A DNA stretch of 63,988 nt, counting the filler, from Octopus bimaculoides (lineage: Eukaryota), in NCBI RefSeq assembly GCF_001194135.2. It is 9 parts of 8 records of this genome, joined end to end, with 100 filler letters (N's around TTAATTAATTAA, not from the genome) between each part and the next. Parts side by side here need not be neighbours in the genome. Positions count along the whole stretch, not along the records: positions 1 to 14,694 come from NC_068994.1; 8 more parts are not named here. One strand, 5' to 3'. Positions 1 to 11,483 of this stretch are shown one piece after another (position 1 is the first letter of the stretch; every line of letters starts with the position of its first letter). The notes beneath the pieces are model-generated. The model was given only the letters and a program-made list of their open reading frames with translations. It searched no databases and was not told the DNA's origin. A program made the position numbers and the translations under genes.

Positions 1-277
1 CAGTACGAAGAGGTGAACGCGTACGAGGTGGAGCGTAAACGCACGTGCTTGCTTGTGGCGGGGTCGCTAATTTGCGCGTATGTATGTATGTATGTATGGA
101 TGGATGGATGGATGGATGGATGCGTGGATGCGTGGATGGATACATGTATGTATGAATGTAATATAGGTGTACAAGTATGGTCGTATATTTGTATGCATAT
201 GCGCGAGTCTATAAGCATGTATATAAGTATGACTGTACCTTTATACATGTGTCTCTATCTCTCTGAGTCTCTCTCAC

Positions 278-327
<50 letters not shown>

Positions 328-406
328 TCTCTATCATGCCCTTTCTCACTCTCTCTCTCTCATTCTCTCTCTTTACATATGTGTGTGTGTGTAAATATAT
401 GATATA

Positions 407-437
407 TAGATAGATAGATAGATTGACTGATTGATTG

Positions 438-492
<55 letters not shown>

Positions 493-493
493 C

Positions 494-546
<53 letters not shown>
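407..546. repeat. (TAGA)n microsatellite
   Basis: Seen directly; source of the spurious YLSI-repeat ORFs. Confidence 0.95.
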
Positions 547-777
547 TGTTTCTTTATTAGCCAAACAGAGATGGATAGATGCGCGCACACATCGAAGTAC
601 ACCTTCATATATTTATGAATGCATATACAAACGCACACATACACTCACACTTATTTTTACGCATTAAAATATATCCTCAAACACACACACACGCGCGCGA
701 ACACACACACATATACACACACATACAGCAACAAACATGCGACCTTTACAGGCATACACAACTAACTATGCATACTA

Positions 778-816
<39 letters not shown>

Positions 817-1163
817 TACGCTTCCTCATTCACACACACACACACACAGACTCATGCGACCATTACAGGCCTACACAACTAAATACGCATAGTAATACAC
901 ACACACACACGCTTCCTCATTCAAATATACGCACACCCCCACACACGCCCATGAATGTTTGTACGTGTGTACGAGTTTGTGTGTGTGAGTGTATGTATGT
1001 ATGTGTGTTTTGAGCGCGCGCGCGTTGTGGGGGGGGACTGTGGGTGTGGGAGTATGGATGGGGGGGGTTGTGTGTGTGTGTGTGCGAGCGTGCCCAAGCA
1101 AATTCATTCCTTTGAACTGCATGATAAGAAAATTGGTAAATTAAGGGTTAGAANNNNNNNNNN

Positions 1164-1201
<38 letters not shown>

Positions 1202-1265
1202 AAGAATGAGAGGGTGAGAGAGGGGAGAATGGTAGGCAAGAAGACCGGGAATGGGTGAGGAAGTA

Positions 1266-1322
<57 letters not shown>
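1266..1322. repeat. (AGT)n microsatellite
   Basis: Seen directly; source of the poly-Ser/poly-Leu ORFs. Confidence 0.95.
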
Positions 1323-1686
1323 AATAAATTTTCTTAGTAATAGTAGTAACAATAGTAATGGTAAAGGTAGCATTAGCTGTTATAAAAGCGTTGGTGGCAT
1401 CAGATTTTTTTTTACCAGACTATTGTGTGAAAGGTGCAGCCCATCGCCTTCATAGATTTTTCTTTTCTGTTTTTCTAGAGCTATGTGGTTTTATGTATCC
1501 CGTTCTTTTAAGACAGTATATATAAAAGAATGATATATGAGAGACATTTAGCTGCTATTTCTAGCAGACCGAGTTACCATCTGGAGTTTTTCCCTTAGGT
1601 TTCAAACCCACCGATGCTCCTGGTGTTAGTGTATCGACTCCTCTCAGTCTCTTCTGTGAAATTCGAGAGACATTAAGCTGCTGTTT

Positions 1687-2559
1687 CGGATCTTTTTGGT
1701 TTGACGGGCAACACTTGTTTTCTTAACGAAACACTTTCAAACTTGGGATACTGGTAGAATGTGTCAAATAAAACATCTTTTTCTCTTAGCCTTCTTAACA
1801 AAAATTAGTTCTTAATAAGCTATTTCATGTTAAAGTTGTCGTATTGTGTAATTTCAACCAATCACTGACGTCTATTGAGGTGAAAACAATTACTGCCGTA
1901 GAATGTAAACAATATATTCTAACGGTGTTATGGGATCTTTTCCCTTGAATAAAATTAGTGCCGTTGTTTGTCAACAACAACTATCGGCGGTAGTTATTTA
2001 TAACATCGTTCGTGCGTTTGGGTTAGGGTTCGGGTTTTAGAGTTAGGGTTAGGGTTTTAGGGTTAGAGTTGGGTTAGGGTTAGGGTTATGGTTATAAGTT
2101 ATAGGGTTTTAGGGTTAGGGTTAGGGTTATGAGTGAGGTTATGACAAAAATAATAATCCTAACCGTAACCCTAAAACTAACTTTAACTCTAAAACCGGAA
2201 CCCTAAAACTAAAACCAGTACAAACGCACGAACGATGTTATAAATAACAGTACCGCCGATAGTTGTTGTTGACAAACAACGGCACTAATTTTATTCAAGG
2301 GAAAAAATCCCATAACACCGTTAGAATATGTTGTTTACATTCTACGGCAGTAATTGTTTTCACCTCAATAGACGTCAGTGATTGGTTGAAATTACCGAAA
2401 TACGACAATTTTTTACATGAAATAACTTCGAATACAAACATTTTTATCTGTTCTATAACACATAATATACAAGTATACGAAGTTTGAAAGTGCTTCGGCA
2501 CCAAAAACACTACATAAAATATAAATGAAAAATGTTGCCCGTCAAACCAAAAGGATCCG
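1687..2559. mobile_element. Fold-back MITE (non-autonomous DNA transposon) with 6-bp TSD and internal telomere-like arrays
   Basis: TIR CGGATCTTTTTGGTTTGACGGGCAACA at 1687 versus reverse complement CGGATCCTTTTGGTTTGACGGGCAACA ending at 2559; inner arms (about 1820-2020 vs 2220-2420) are also inverted; CTGTTT is duplicated at 1681-1686 and 2560-2565. Confidence 0.9.
2020..2216. repeat. Degenerate (TTAGGG)n then (CCCTAA)n arrays, head-to-head inside the MITE
   Basis: GGGTTAGGGTT-type units at 2020-2129 and CCTAACCGTAACCCTAAAA-type units at 2158-2216. Confidence 0.85.
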
Positions 2560-2719
2560 CTGTTTCTAGCAAAGCTAGTTACCTCACAGTCTGGTGCCTT
2601 CATTCTTGGTTATGACCCTCTCTTCCCCCCTCCCCACTTGTCCTAGTGGTAGTGTATTGCAGGCATCAATCAGTCTGTCACGTGACGAATTTACTGTGTC
2701 GTCTCTTAGTTACTTCTAC

Positions 2720-3000
2720 CATTGCAGTTAAAGCGCCGACGTCTGGCGGCTGATTTGGTAGACACCCACGAGGTTATTCTTCATCTTTCCAGCAACAACA
2801 TTGGGCACCTTTTTGGATACCATATGTCTAATACACTAGGACATGCTTATAAAATCAGAAACAACATTTTTTCACGCTCAGAATTGCTGAGACATGGAAT
2901 AAACTATTCGCATCAGTGGTTCGTTGTCGAGACACTGCATCCTTCAAAACTTCCATGCTTCCTGAAATTTTCCAACTGCACACCTGATGTCCTTCTACCA
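2720..3000 (+). mobile_element. CR1/L2-type LINE, decayed 3' end of the RT ORF
   Basis: Translates as LKRRRLAADLVDTHEVI..SNTLGHAYKIR, then after a frameshift FTLRIAETWNKLFASVVRCRDTASFKTSM. This matches the CR1 ORF2 C-terminal pattern (RRL..DL...YKI / TRGH..K / FF..RV...WN.LP). Confidence 0.75.
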
Positions 3001-3072
3001 CTTTTTTTAGCGACTTATTCTATTCTACATTATTTACAATTGACGAATATTGTCCTCATCTTATTTGTTGTT

Positions 3073-3118
3073 AACACAAGGTTTCGGCTGATATACCCTC
3101 CCGCCTTCATCAGGTGTC
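3073..3118 (-). ncRNA. Minimal type I hammerhead ribozyme motif (one stem III substitution)
   Basis: Minus strand reads GACAC-CUGAUGA-A-GGCGG(GAGGGUAUAU)CAGCC-GAAAC-CUU-GUGUU. Stem I GACAC/GUGUU, stem II and both core boxes are present; G16.2 reads C. Confidence 0.7.
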
Positions 3119-3167
3119 CTGGGGAAATTTCGAACCTGAGTTCTCATTCCTAAGGTGCTTTTCGATG

Positions 3168-3202
<35 letters not shown>

Positions 3203-3398
3203 TCTGTATTGCCCACAAGGGGCTAAACAAAGAGTCGATTACATCGACCCCAGTACGTAACTGGTACTTAATTTATCGACCCCGAAAGGATGAAAGGTAA
3301 AGTCGACCTCGGCGGAATTTGAGCTCAGAACGTAACGGCAGACGAAATACCGCTAAGCATTTCGCCCGGTGTGCTAACGTTTCTGCCAGCTCACCGCC
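3203..3398 (-). mobile_element. tRNA-derived SINE family A, variant 3' tail, inside (ATT)n
   Basis: Head GGCGGTGAGCTGGCAGAAACGTTAGC, B-box-like GAGCTCAAATTCC and core TTTCATCCTTTCGGGGTCGATAAATTAAGTACC, shared with seven other copies in the window. Confidence 0.9.
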
Positions 3399-3415
3399 TT
3401 AAATTATTATTATTA

Positions 3416-3474
<59 letters not shown>

Positions 3475-3478
<4 letters not shown>

Positions 3479-3541
3479 TCACTGCCTGGAATCGAACTCG
3501 GAATCTTGGGGTTAGTAGCCCGCGCTCTTAACCACTACACC
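3475..3541 (-). mobile_element. tRNA-derived head followed by an (AAT)n tract
   Basis: Minus strand GGTGTAGTGGTTAAGAGCGCGGGCTACTAACCCCAAGATTCCGAGTTCGATTCCAGGCAGTGACCTG has A box and B box. The acceptor stem is incomplete, so this is not called a functional tRNA. Confidence 0.75.
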
Positions 3542-3756
3542 TGTTGTGTTAACAACAAACATGATGAGGACAAATATCCGTCAAATGTAAATAATGTAAA
3601 TAATGTACATAATTTCTTATCTCTTAAATATAGCACTGTATTAGTCTATTCTCTTCTTATTGTACTGTACATGCACTTTGGGCTACTTTTTCTGTAAAGA
3701 GTTATAGAGCATCTGAGCACTGTAAACAACAATTTTCATTCTGTTAACTACAACAA

Positions 3757-3941
3757 GGCGGCGAGATGGCAGAATCGTTAGCACGCCAGGCAAAATGCTT
3801 AGCGGCATTTCGTTCGTCTTTATGTTCTGAGGACAAATTTCGTCGAGGACGACTTTGCCTTTCATCTTTTCGGAGTACCAGTGTGCTGAGATCGATTTAT
3901 CCTTACCCTCGAAGCTGCTGGCCTTGTGCCAAAATTTTGAA
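3757..3941 (+). mobile_element. SINE family A copy
   Basis: GGCGGCGAGATGGCAGAATCGTTAGC head; tail GGCCTTGTGCC. Confidence 0.9.
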
Positions 3942-6599
3942 TTATCGTATTAACTACACCGGTTCTTACTCGTATTAAATTGCAAGCTGTGGATTCTATT
4001 TACTACTGCTCACTCTTCTGGATAGACTCCAACGCAACATCTTTCATTTTATGCCCACTCAATCAAGCCTAACTCAGGTGCTAAACATCAATAGCGGCAG
4101 CAGTAAAAACAGTAACATGCTGACCAAGAAAATGTTTCAGAGGGTCGCAGCTTTGGGTATAAACCCTATTTGTAAATCGTATGAAGAATGCTCCTTAATT
4201 TTTTTTCCCCCTCAGCAATTTTCCTGGTATTTATAATTATCTCCATTACATTCTCCAGACGGATTACCAGTATTTTAAAATGGAACGCTTGAAAACTGCG
4301 ATTTTTTCCGCACGAAACCAATGGTAGCATTGTTAATTCACAACTAAAAAGATATATTTAAACGCCAAATGCTGAATATTCATTTTCCCCGTTCACTTTT
4401 TACCTCATCTACTCATGATCCCTCATCTGCTCATCATGTGTCTCACATCTATGAATCACTTTACTCAATCCCTTACACGAGCAATGTGAGGGAAAACTCA
4501 TTAGAGGAGCGTTTTTTAAAATTTTATTTTATACTAAATGCAAATACGATAGTGTCTCACGTATGAAATATATATGTGTTAAACTGAAAAGCATGGATTA
4601 TCCTTAGTAGACAGAAACTTTCACTAACTATATTTAAAGTAAAAGTAAACAGAACCAAAGGAGATAACTCCCAAAAGATCAGTCGATTGAAGTTTGAGGA
4701 CAATATAAACAATGTAGACTGGAGTGCATCTGATCATTAAAAGCCAAGTGGTGAATGCCGTACATAATTAGTTGGATGGTGCTGGAACAACTGTGTCAAA
4801 CCTCCACGGAAGTGTGCTGTGCAAATTTGGTTTACCCAAGAGGACAATAATTCTAAATTATTTTCAAGATACGAGTGCTTTCTTGAATTCAAAATGTGAA
4901 ATTATTGTCCGCTCCCCTCATGACATATTATTAATTTCGGCAATGTGGTCTTCTCCTTTTGCGGACAAGAGAACGGGAAAATGTACGTAGGCACAGATGA
5001 CCCATTTCCGCCACAGCCGGAATCGTGCGAGGGGAGGCAACTCTTCTTTCTCTGAGAAAGGGTTTTGTTTTTCATTTTCGTTTGGCTTCCTTTCAGATTG
5101 ACCAAATTGTATTTTAACCTCCGTCAGTAAAGAGGCTATGTGCTTCCGGTCAGCATGTTTGATGAACAGTCTATATTACCAAGTGCAATAGTAGACGCGA
5201 AACCAATAATGACTTCTGTCAAGGTATATGCCATAAGCAAGGATATACTGCTCGTCTACATAATGGTATAATTGCACAAAATTTCTTTGAGAGTGTGCAT
5301 ATATATATATATATATANNNNNNNNNNGATGGAGAAACACTAAAGGAGGGAGGGGAGCGAACTATATAACTATTTACGTTACAAAGTAATTGTTGGAACA
5401 AATTATTTGACCGGAAATATTTGATTGGCAGATTAAGAGATAGGGAGGAGACGTGGAGATTATAAGTGAGAGGGTTAGCGAAGATTGCTACAATATGCTT
5501 GTGTATATGTGTGTGAGAAAGAGAGAAGGAGAGAGAGAAAAAAGACAGATGCGAGGATAATTAGGGTTAGAAGTTTGTGGCTAGGTAATTACGGAGGCTG
5601 GTTGACCGGTCGGTCACTTGTTTCACTGGGAGATTGGGTGTGGTCTAACTGAAATATATATGCCGAGAAGATTGGGAACGGAATGTTGTTGTTGTTGTTG
5701 CCGCTGTTCTTGATTTTACTGTTTTTGTTGTTGCTGTTGTAGTTGTCATTGTTGTTTGTGTTGCTGCCGTTATTACAGCTACACTATGCTTCCCTGAGGA
5801 AATCTCATTATACCGAAACGTGGCCGGAATTGTCACATATACCACCAAAGTTTAGATTTAACTCCTTACTACATTCCCTATCTACTTTTAATATATCGTG
5901 TTTGGTGGTATAAAGATCGCATGGGCATATTACACGCACCACATTTCAGCTGCGCATTTTCAAGGAAAGTTTTTAGTGCACTAAAGCATGTAATATCTAA
6001 AACAACTTCGCATTGCAGATTTAGTGGGATGGATTTTTGGAGATTTTTTGAGTAAGGAAAAGGCTCAATTTATACCATCAAATTCAGTAATTCAAATTTA
6101 AGGATTAACTCCCCTGCTGCCTATTTTAACTATAGTTGATCATTAACATTTTTTTGACTCGTCTCTTATGTTATAATTTTCTCTAAGTAAATTCTCGTGG
6201 TTTTCTATATTAAATAAATTAGTACTGACTTTACTAAAGAACTAAATGCCATTAGAACACCTCGTCTCCTTGCTGTTACCTCACCACCAACCCACTAACA
6301 TTAACATCAACAACATCAACACCATTACTATGACTATTATCATCACTGAACGTCTCACAGGCTCCTCCGTACAAGTTTGTGAACGTAGGCGAATATAAAT
6401 ATGCAAAGGTCACTTTGAAGATATGAAAACTTTCTAATACTCATAATATATGGTTTAAAGACGCGCGAATTAAGGAGGAATTGGAATAAGAGCCGCAGGT
6501 TTTAGAGATTTGTTGAGATAAATGAGCACGAAGGAAAAGAAGGAAAGAGAGATAAAGAGAGAGAACACGGCACTTGTAAATGAAAGAGAACAGTATTAA

Positions 6600-6960
6600 A
6601 GAGACATTAGTATTGTACTCAGGACAGAACTAAACGCTAAGAACAAAGTAACTGATATTAATACATTAGCAGCGCCCGGTTAGTTATAAGCAAGAAATTT
6701 AATGCAATAAATTGGTAGGCGAACGAATGAATAATGATAAGCCAGAAGAGGCAATAGAATTAATAAATGGATTTAGACTACACCGCCCCATAACGGACAA
6801 ATGGCAGACTACATCTACCACGGTCAGACGACAGAAAGGATTGACTCCATATTACAATTAGAAAGCCACAATAAAATAAATATTATATGTTCAGATAAAT
6901 ATAGAGCAGAAAAACAGGAGGAGAGTAATTCGAATGAAGATGACGAGAGAATGCTCTGTA
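6600..6960 (+). mobile_element. R4/Dong-clade non-LTR retrotransposon RT C-terminal fragment, decayed
   Basis: Joined across frameshifts and stops it reads IVLRTELNAKNKVTDINTLAAP.VSY ... RLHRP..RLHLPRSD ... LQLESHNK. This resembles the R4/Dong motifs LN.KNK..AIN..A.PV..YS and H.P...RLYLPR..GGRGL (recalled consensus). Confidence 0.6.
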
Positions 6961-7689
6961 TTTTCAAAGAAATTGGTAAATACAACGAAAGAGACGAAAA
7001 GTATGGAGGTTGGATATAGGAAAAGAGAGTGGAGCTTATTTGTGTGTGTGTGCTCTTTTTTAATGGATAAAAATTTGGAAAAGAATATGCTAAATACTTG
7101 ATGTGAAATGTCATTTCATAATCACTAGAATGTCATAGTTTAAAAACCAAACGTAAACCTTCAGTAATCCCAGCATTGGCTTCAGAGCTTAGGCTTAAAA
7201 TCTGAGACTGAATGTCTTCTTATAGCAATGAAGATCCGACCTATATGTCTGCGAAAAACTACTTAAAAATCGTCATGTAAAAAAAAAAGAAAAAGAAGCA
7301 AAAAAAAAAAGAAATACAAACATGAAAACTGGAAGCGAACAGTAAGTGCAGACATTATAATGAGTTAAAAGGAAGAAGACGAAGAAGAGTAAAGCTTGTG
7401 AAGTCAGTGGACGAAAAATAAGTAATTTTCTATGATAAAACTGACGTGAGAAGCAGATATAAGATGCATGCCCGCTCATAAACATATACACATAAACACG
7501 CACGCACACATGCACATACTCACACACACGCACGCACATTTATATATACACGCACGCGTTATAAACAGTATTCGAAAACAATAGAGACACAATAAAGAAA
7601 GCATAGAAATAAAGTCATACCTTTAAAGAATGAACTACTAAAGAAACAGTATTAATGTACAGTGAGAGGCACACTGTATGAGGCACATC

Positions 7690-7950
7690 ATGTGAAGCGT
7701 ATTAATCACACCAATAAAAGTGCATCATTAAAGACTCACCATTCAACGTTCAAAATTAAAGATATACCATTAAAGAATCACAATTAAAATTTCATAAAAA
7801 ATTCAAAATTAAAGATACAGCATTAAAGACACACCATTAACGACACGTCGCCAAAGGCTCACTATTAAAATACACCATTAAAAGTTCATTAAATCGTCAT
7901 TAAATGCGTTGTATTGAAGACGCACCGTTAAAGGCACACCATGAAACGCA
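7690..7950. repeat. Degenerate ~15-bp minisatellite (CACACCATTAAAGA-like)
   Basis: CCATTAAAG/CATTAAA units recur with roughly 15-bp spacing. Confidence 0.7.
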
Positions 7951-8089
7951 CATCTCACAAGTAAAATTATGACGAAAATGAGCCAAGGTGAGCTTCCAGA
8001 AAGTCAAGTGATTGCATACCACACCTACCATCTTAAAAAAGGGAAGGCAACCGGTTAAATTATTTATCCTTACTTATACTAAACCCTGA

Positions 8090-8396
8090 GAAAAAGAGGG
8101 TTTAGTCATGGCTGGAACGTCAGTGATCTTCGGTCTGCTCTACAGGAGATAGATGGGTCTTTCTCAAGCCTTGGACCCCTAAATTCGGCTCCCTGAATTC
8201 TCTGGCATACATGCATTCCCACTGGACGGGACACCTGTCCCTCGCAGGATTACTCACTTTTGCCAGCTGGGTAGACTGGAGCAACGCGAAATGGAGTGTT
8301 TTGCTCAAGAACACAACGTGTCGCTCGGTCCAGGAATCGAAACCACAATCTTGAGAACATGAGTGCAACACTCTGACCAATAAACCAAGCGCCGCC
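8090..8396 (-). mobile_element. tRNA-derived SINE family B (CORE-like central domain)
   Basis: Minus-strand head GGCGGCGCTTGGTTTATTGGTCAGAGTG...GGTTTCGATTCC, then GTGTTCTTGAGCAAAACACT..TTGCTCCAGTCTACCCAGCTG; homologous to 61025-61270 and 47030-47150. Confidence 0.8.
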
Positions 8397-9343
8397 TACG
8401 ATTAAAAAAATATATATATTGCAAAAACTAAACGTGTCCTTGAATCGGAATTTCCGTACGAAGTGATAAATAAGTACAGATATGGCTGAGTGGTGCCTGA
8501 TGACGACGAACTTGATTTATTGATTTATTTAATCGGTCCCGGTAGCATGAAGAGTAAAACTGATATTGGCAAGATTTGAACTGAGAATGATAAGAGACGG
8601 ACAGAAATGCTGCTAAGCAACTGCCAGATAACCACATATGTGTGTATGTGCGCGTTTCTGTGTGTGTGTGAGTTTGTGTGTGTGTGTAAATACATGTGTG
8701 CGTGCGCGTGCACATGTATGTTTATATGAGTATATACATACATATGCAGACTTGCATATACACAGAAAATATAAATATGTGCGTGCACGAGCGAGTATGT
8801 ATATGTGTGTTTTTTGTGTCTATATTTGTCTCCTACCGGTGTTGGTGTATATATGTCCTCATAATCTGACACTTCGGCAAAAGAAACCGAAAGAATAAGT
8901 GCCAAACTTTAAAAAGTAACTACTGAAGTTGATTCGTCCGACTAAAAATTTTTGAAGGCCGCCGTCTAATGACTGAAACAAGTAAAAGATATATGTGTGT
9001 GTATGTGTAAAGAGAGAGTGACACATACACACGCACGCACACACGCACGCACACACGCACACTCGCACACAGAGGCAGAAAGACAGACATAGTGACGTAG
9101 ACAGAGACAGAGTGGGAGAGCTTCTCCGCATATGAGTTACGTCAGGTTTCGAACTGCTAATAAAACCAATCAACATTCCAAAGATGATAATTTTCATATA
9201 TGCGATAACCTTTCTACAATATCGCTTTGCAGATGGTTCTTATACATACTTTGCACGTGTGTATGTGTGTGTTGAAAATGGTTATGTGTCTGCGCGCAAG
9301 CACGTGCTATGCGCAATCACGTGCTTCTGTCTAAGATAATATT

Positions 9344-9558
9344 GGAGGCGAGCTGGCAGAATCGTTAGCACGCTGGGCGAAATGCTTAGTGGTACTTCGT
9401 CTGACTTTACGTTCTGAGTTCAAATTCCGCCGAGGTCGACATTGCCTTTCATCCTTTAAGGGTCGATAAATTAAGTACCAGTTGCGTACTGAGGTTGATC
9501 TAATCGACTGGCCCCTTTCCCTCAAAATTTCGGACCTTGTGCCTAGATTAGAAACGAA
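9344..9558 (+). mobile_element. SINE family A, full-length copy
   Basis: Head, A and B boxes, core and tail GGACCTTGTGCCTAGATTAGAAACGAAT are all present. Confidence 0.92.
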
Positions 9559-9684
9559 TGTTGGAGGTTCACAAACTTTGAGTTTATTAGACTTAAAAAT
9601 CCACACACAAGCATGTGCACACACGCACACGTGCACACACACATAAGGAAATGTAGGCACACACGAACACACATACACACGCAG

Positions 9685-9722
<38 letters not shown>

Positions 9723-11483
9723 GTGGAGACGCAATGGCCCAGTGGTTAGGGCAGCAGCCTCGCGGTAGATAAGATATTTGAACATTGAATGGCTAGAAGG
9801 GTCCATCCGATTAAAATACGAATCAAAGGGGTACATAGGTAAAAAAAATGGTTGAGACCCATTGCTTTGCAGTATCTGCTCCGAGCCTCTGTGCTTTGAG
9901 ATCAAATACCACCTGTCTTTCATCATATCATGTATCGATAATAAAATCAACCCAGCAGGTTGGTTTAGCAGGACCGTAAGAGATTTAACTGGATGTTTTG
10001 TGTTATATGTTTCGGTTCTTTGTGTTCTGTGTTTGAATTCCACCATAGCTTAACGCCACAATCTGGTACATTGGGTCTCTTGAACGGATTCCACTCCATT
10101 GCAAACAGTTGGGTGAGATTTTTCGTTGCTGAATAACTTCCTTCCCTCCCACCCACCAATCTCCGAGACTCTGCAAAAGGTCGCAAGCACAGTTTTCCTT
10201 CACTAAAAGACTATATACATACATACGTATATACGCACACACATACATACATACATACATACATACATACATGCATACATACATACATACCTACATACAT
10301 ACATATATTTGTATGTATGTATGTATGTATGCATGTATGTGTGTATAGAGGGTTTGAAGTGATGTATAGATATTGTATATTAAAAAAGGAGGCTGTCAGA
10401 ATTTTGGATAATTTTTTTTATTTAGCGCATTCATCCATTCTTATGAATGGATGAAATCGCCAAATAAAGAATTATCCAAAACTTTTCGAAATAATTTTTA
10501 TAGAAAGTTTCTTGGCTTTTATACAAATATATATATTACGTATACACACACACACACACANNNNNNNNNNNNNNNNNNNNNNNNNNNNNNNNNNNNNNNN
10601 NNNNNNNNNNNNNNNNNNNNNNNNNNNNNNNNNNNNNNNNNNNNNNNNNNNNNNNNNNNNNNNNNNNNNNNNNNNNNNNNNNNNNNNNNNNNNNNNNNNN
10701 NNNNNNNNNNNNNNNNNNNNNNNNNNNNNNNNNNNNNNNNNNNNNNNNNNNNNNNNNNNNNNNNNNNNNNNNNNNNNNNNNNNNNNNNNNNNNNNNNNNN
10801 NNNNNNNNNNNNNNNNNNNNNNNNNNNNNNNNNNNNNNNNNNNNNNNNNNNNNNNNNNNNNNNNNNNNNNNNNNNNNNNNNNNNNNNNNNNNNNNNNNNN
10901 NNNNNNNNNNNNNNNNNNNNNNNNNNNNNNNNNNNNNNNNNNNNNNNNNNNNNNNNNNNNNNNNNNNNNNNNNNNNNNNNNNNNNNNNNNNNNNNNNNNN
11001 NNNNNNNNNNNNNNNNNNNNNNNNNNNNNNNNNNNNNNNNNNNNNNNNNNNNNNNNNNNNNNNNNNNNNNNNNNNNNNNNNNNNNNNNNNNNNNNNNNNN
11101 NNNNNNNNNNNNNNNNNNNNNNNNNNNNNNNNNNNNNNNNNNNNNNNNNNNNNNNNNNNNNNNNNNNNNNNNNNNNNNNNNNNNNNNNNNNNNNNNNNNN
11201 NNNNNNNNNNNNNNNNNNNNNNNNNNNNNNNNNNNNNNNNNNNNNNNNNNNNNNNNNNNNNNNNNNNNNNNNNNNNNNNNNNNNNNNNNNNNNNNNNNNN
11301 NNNNNNNNNNNNNNNNNNNNNNNNNNNNNNNNNNNNNNNNNNNNNNNNNNNNNNNNNNNNNNTGAATTTTTGGCGGTTCCTCACATGACCAAGTTGCTTA
11401 GATTTCATAAAACCCCAGAGGGAGATCTTGGCAACTAATTACTTGGATTATTTTAGTTGATCGACACTTTTCAAGATTCACAA

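Noticed and set aside
2020-2216. Possible ancient telomere-telomere fusion site
   Set aside because: The arrays sit inside symmetrical MITE arms bounded by TIRs and a TSD, so transposon structure explains them.
3475-3541. Possible functional tRNA gene with ACT anticodon
   Set aside because: Acceptor stem and 3' end do not pair, and it runs into (AAT)n; treated as a retroelement head.
9770-10200. Non-repetitive stretch with several 60-170 aa ORFs
   Set aside because: No motif recognised in any frame; probably decayed element sequence.
10451-11438. Long ORFs of X residues (also 20796-22249, 23730-24966, 45802-46722, 56267-56788, 58740-59510)
   Set aside because: Translations through N gaps.
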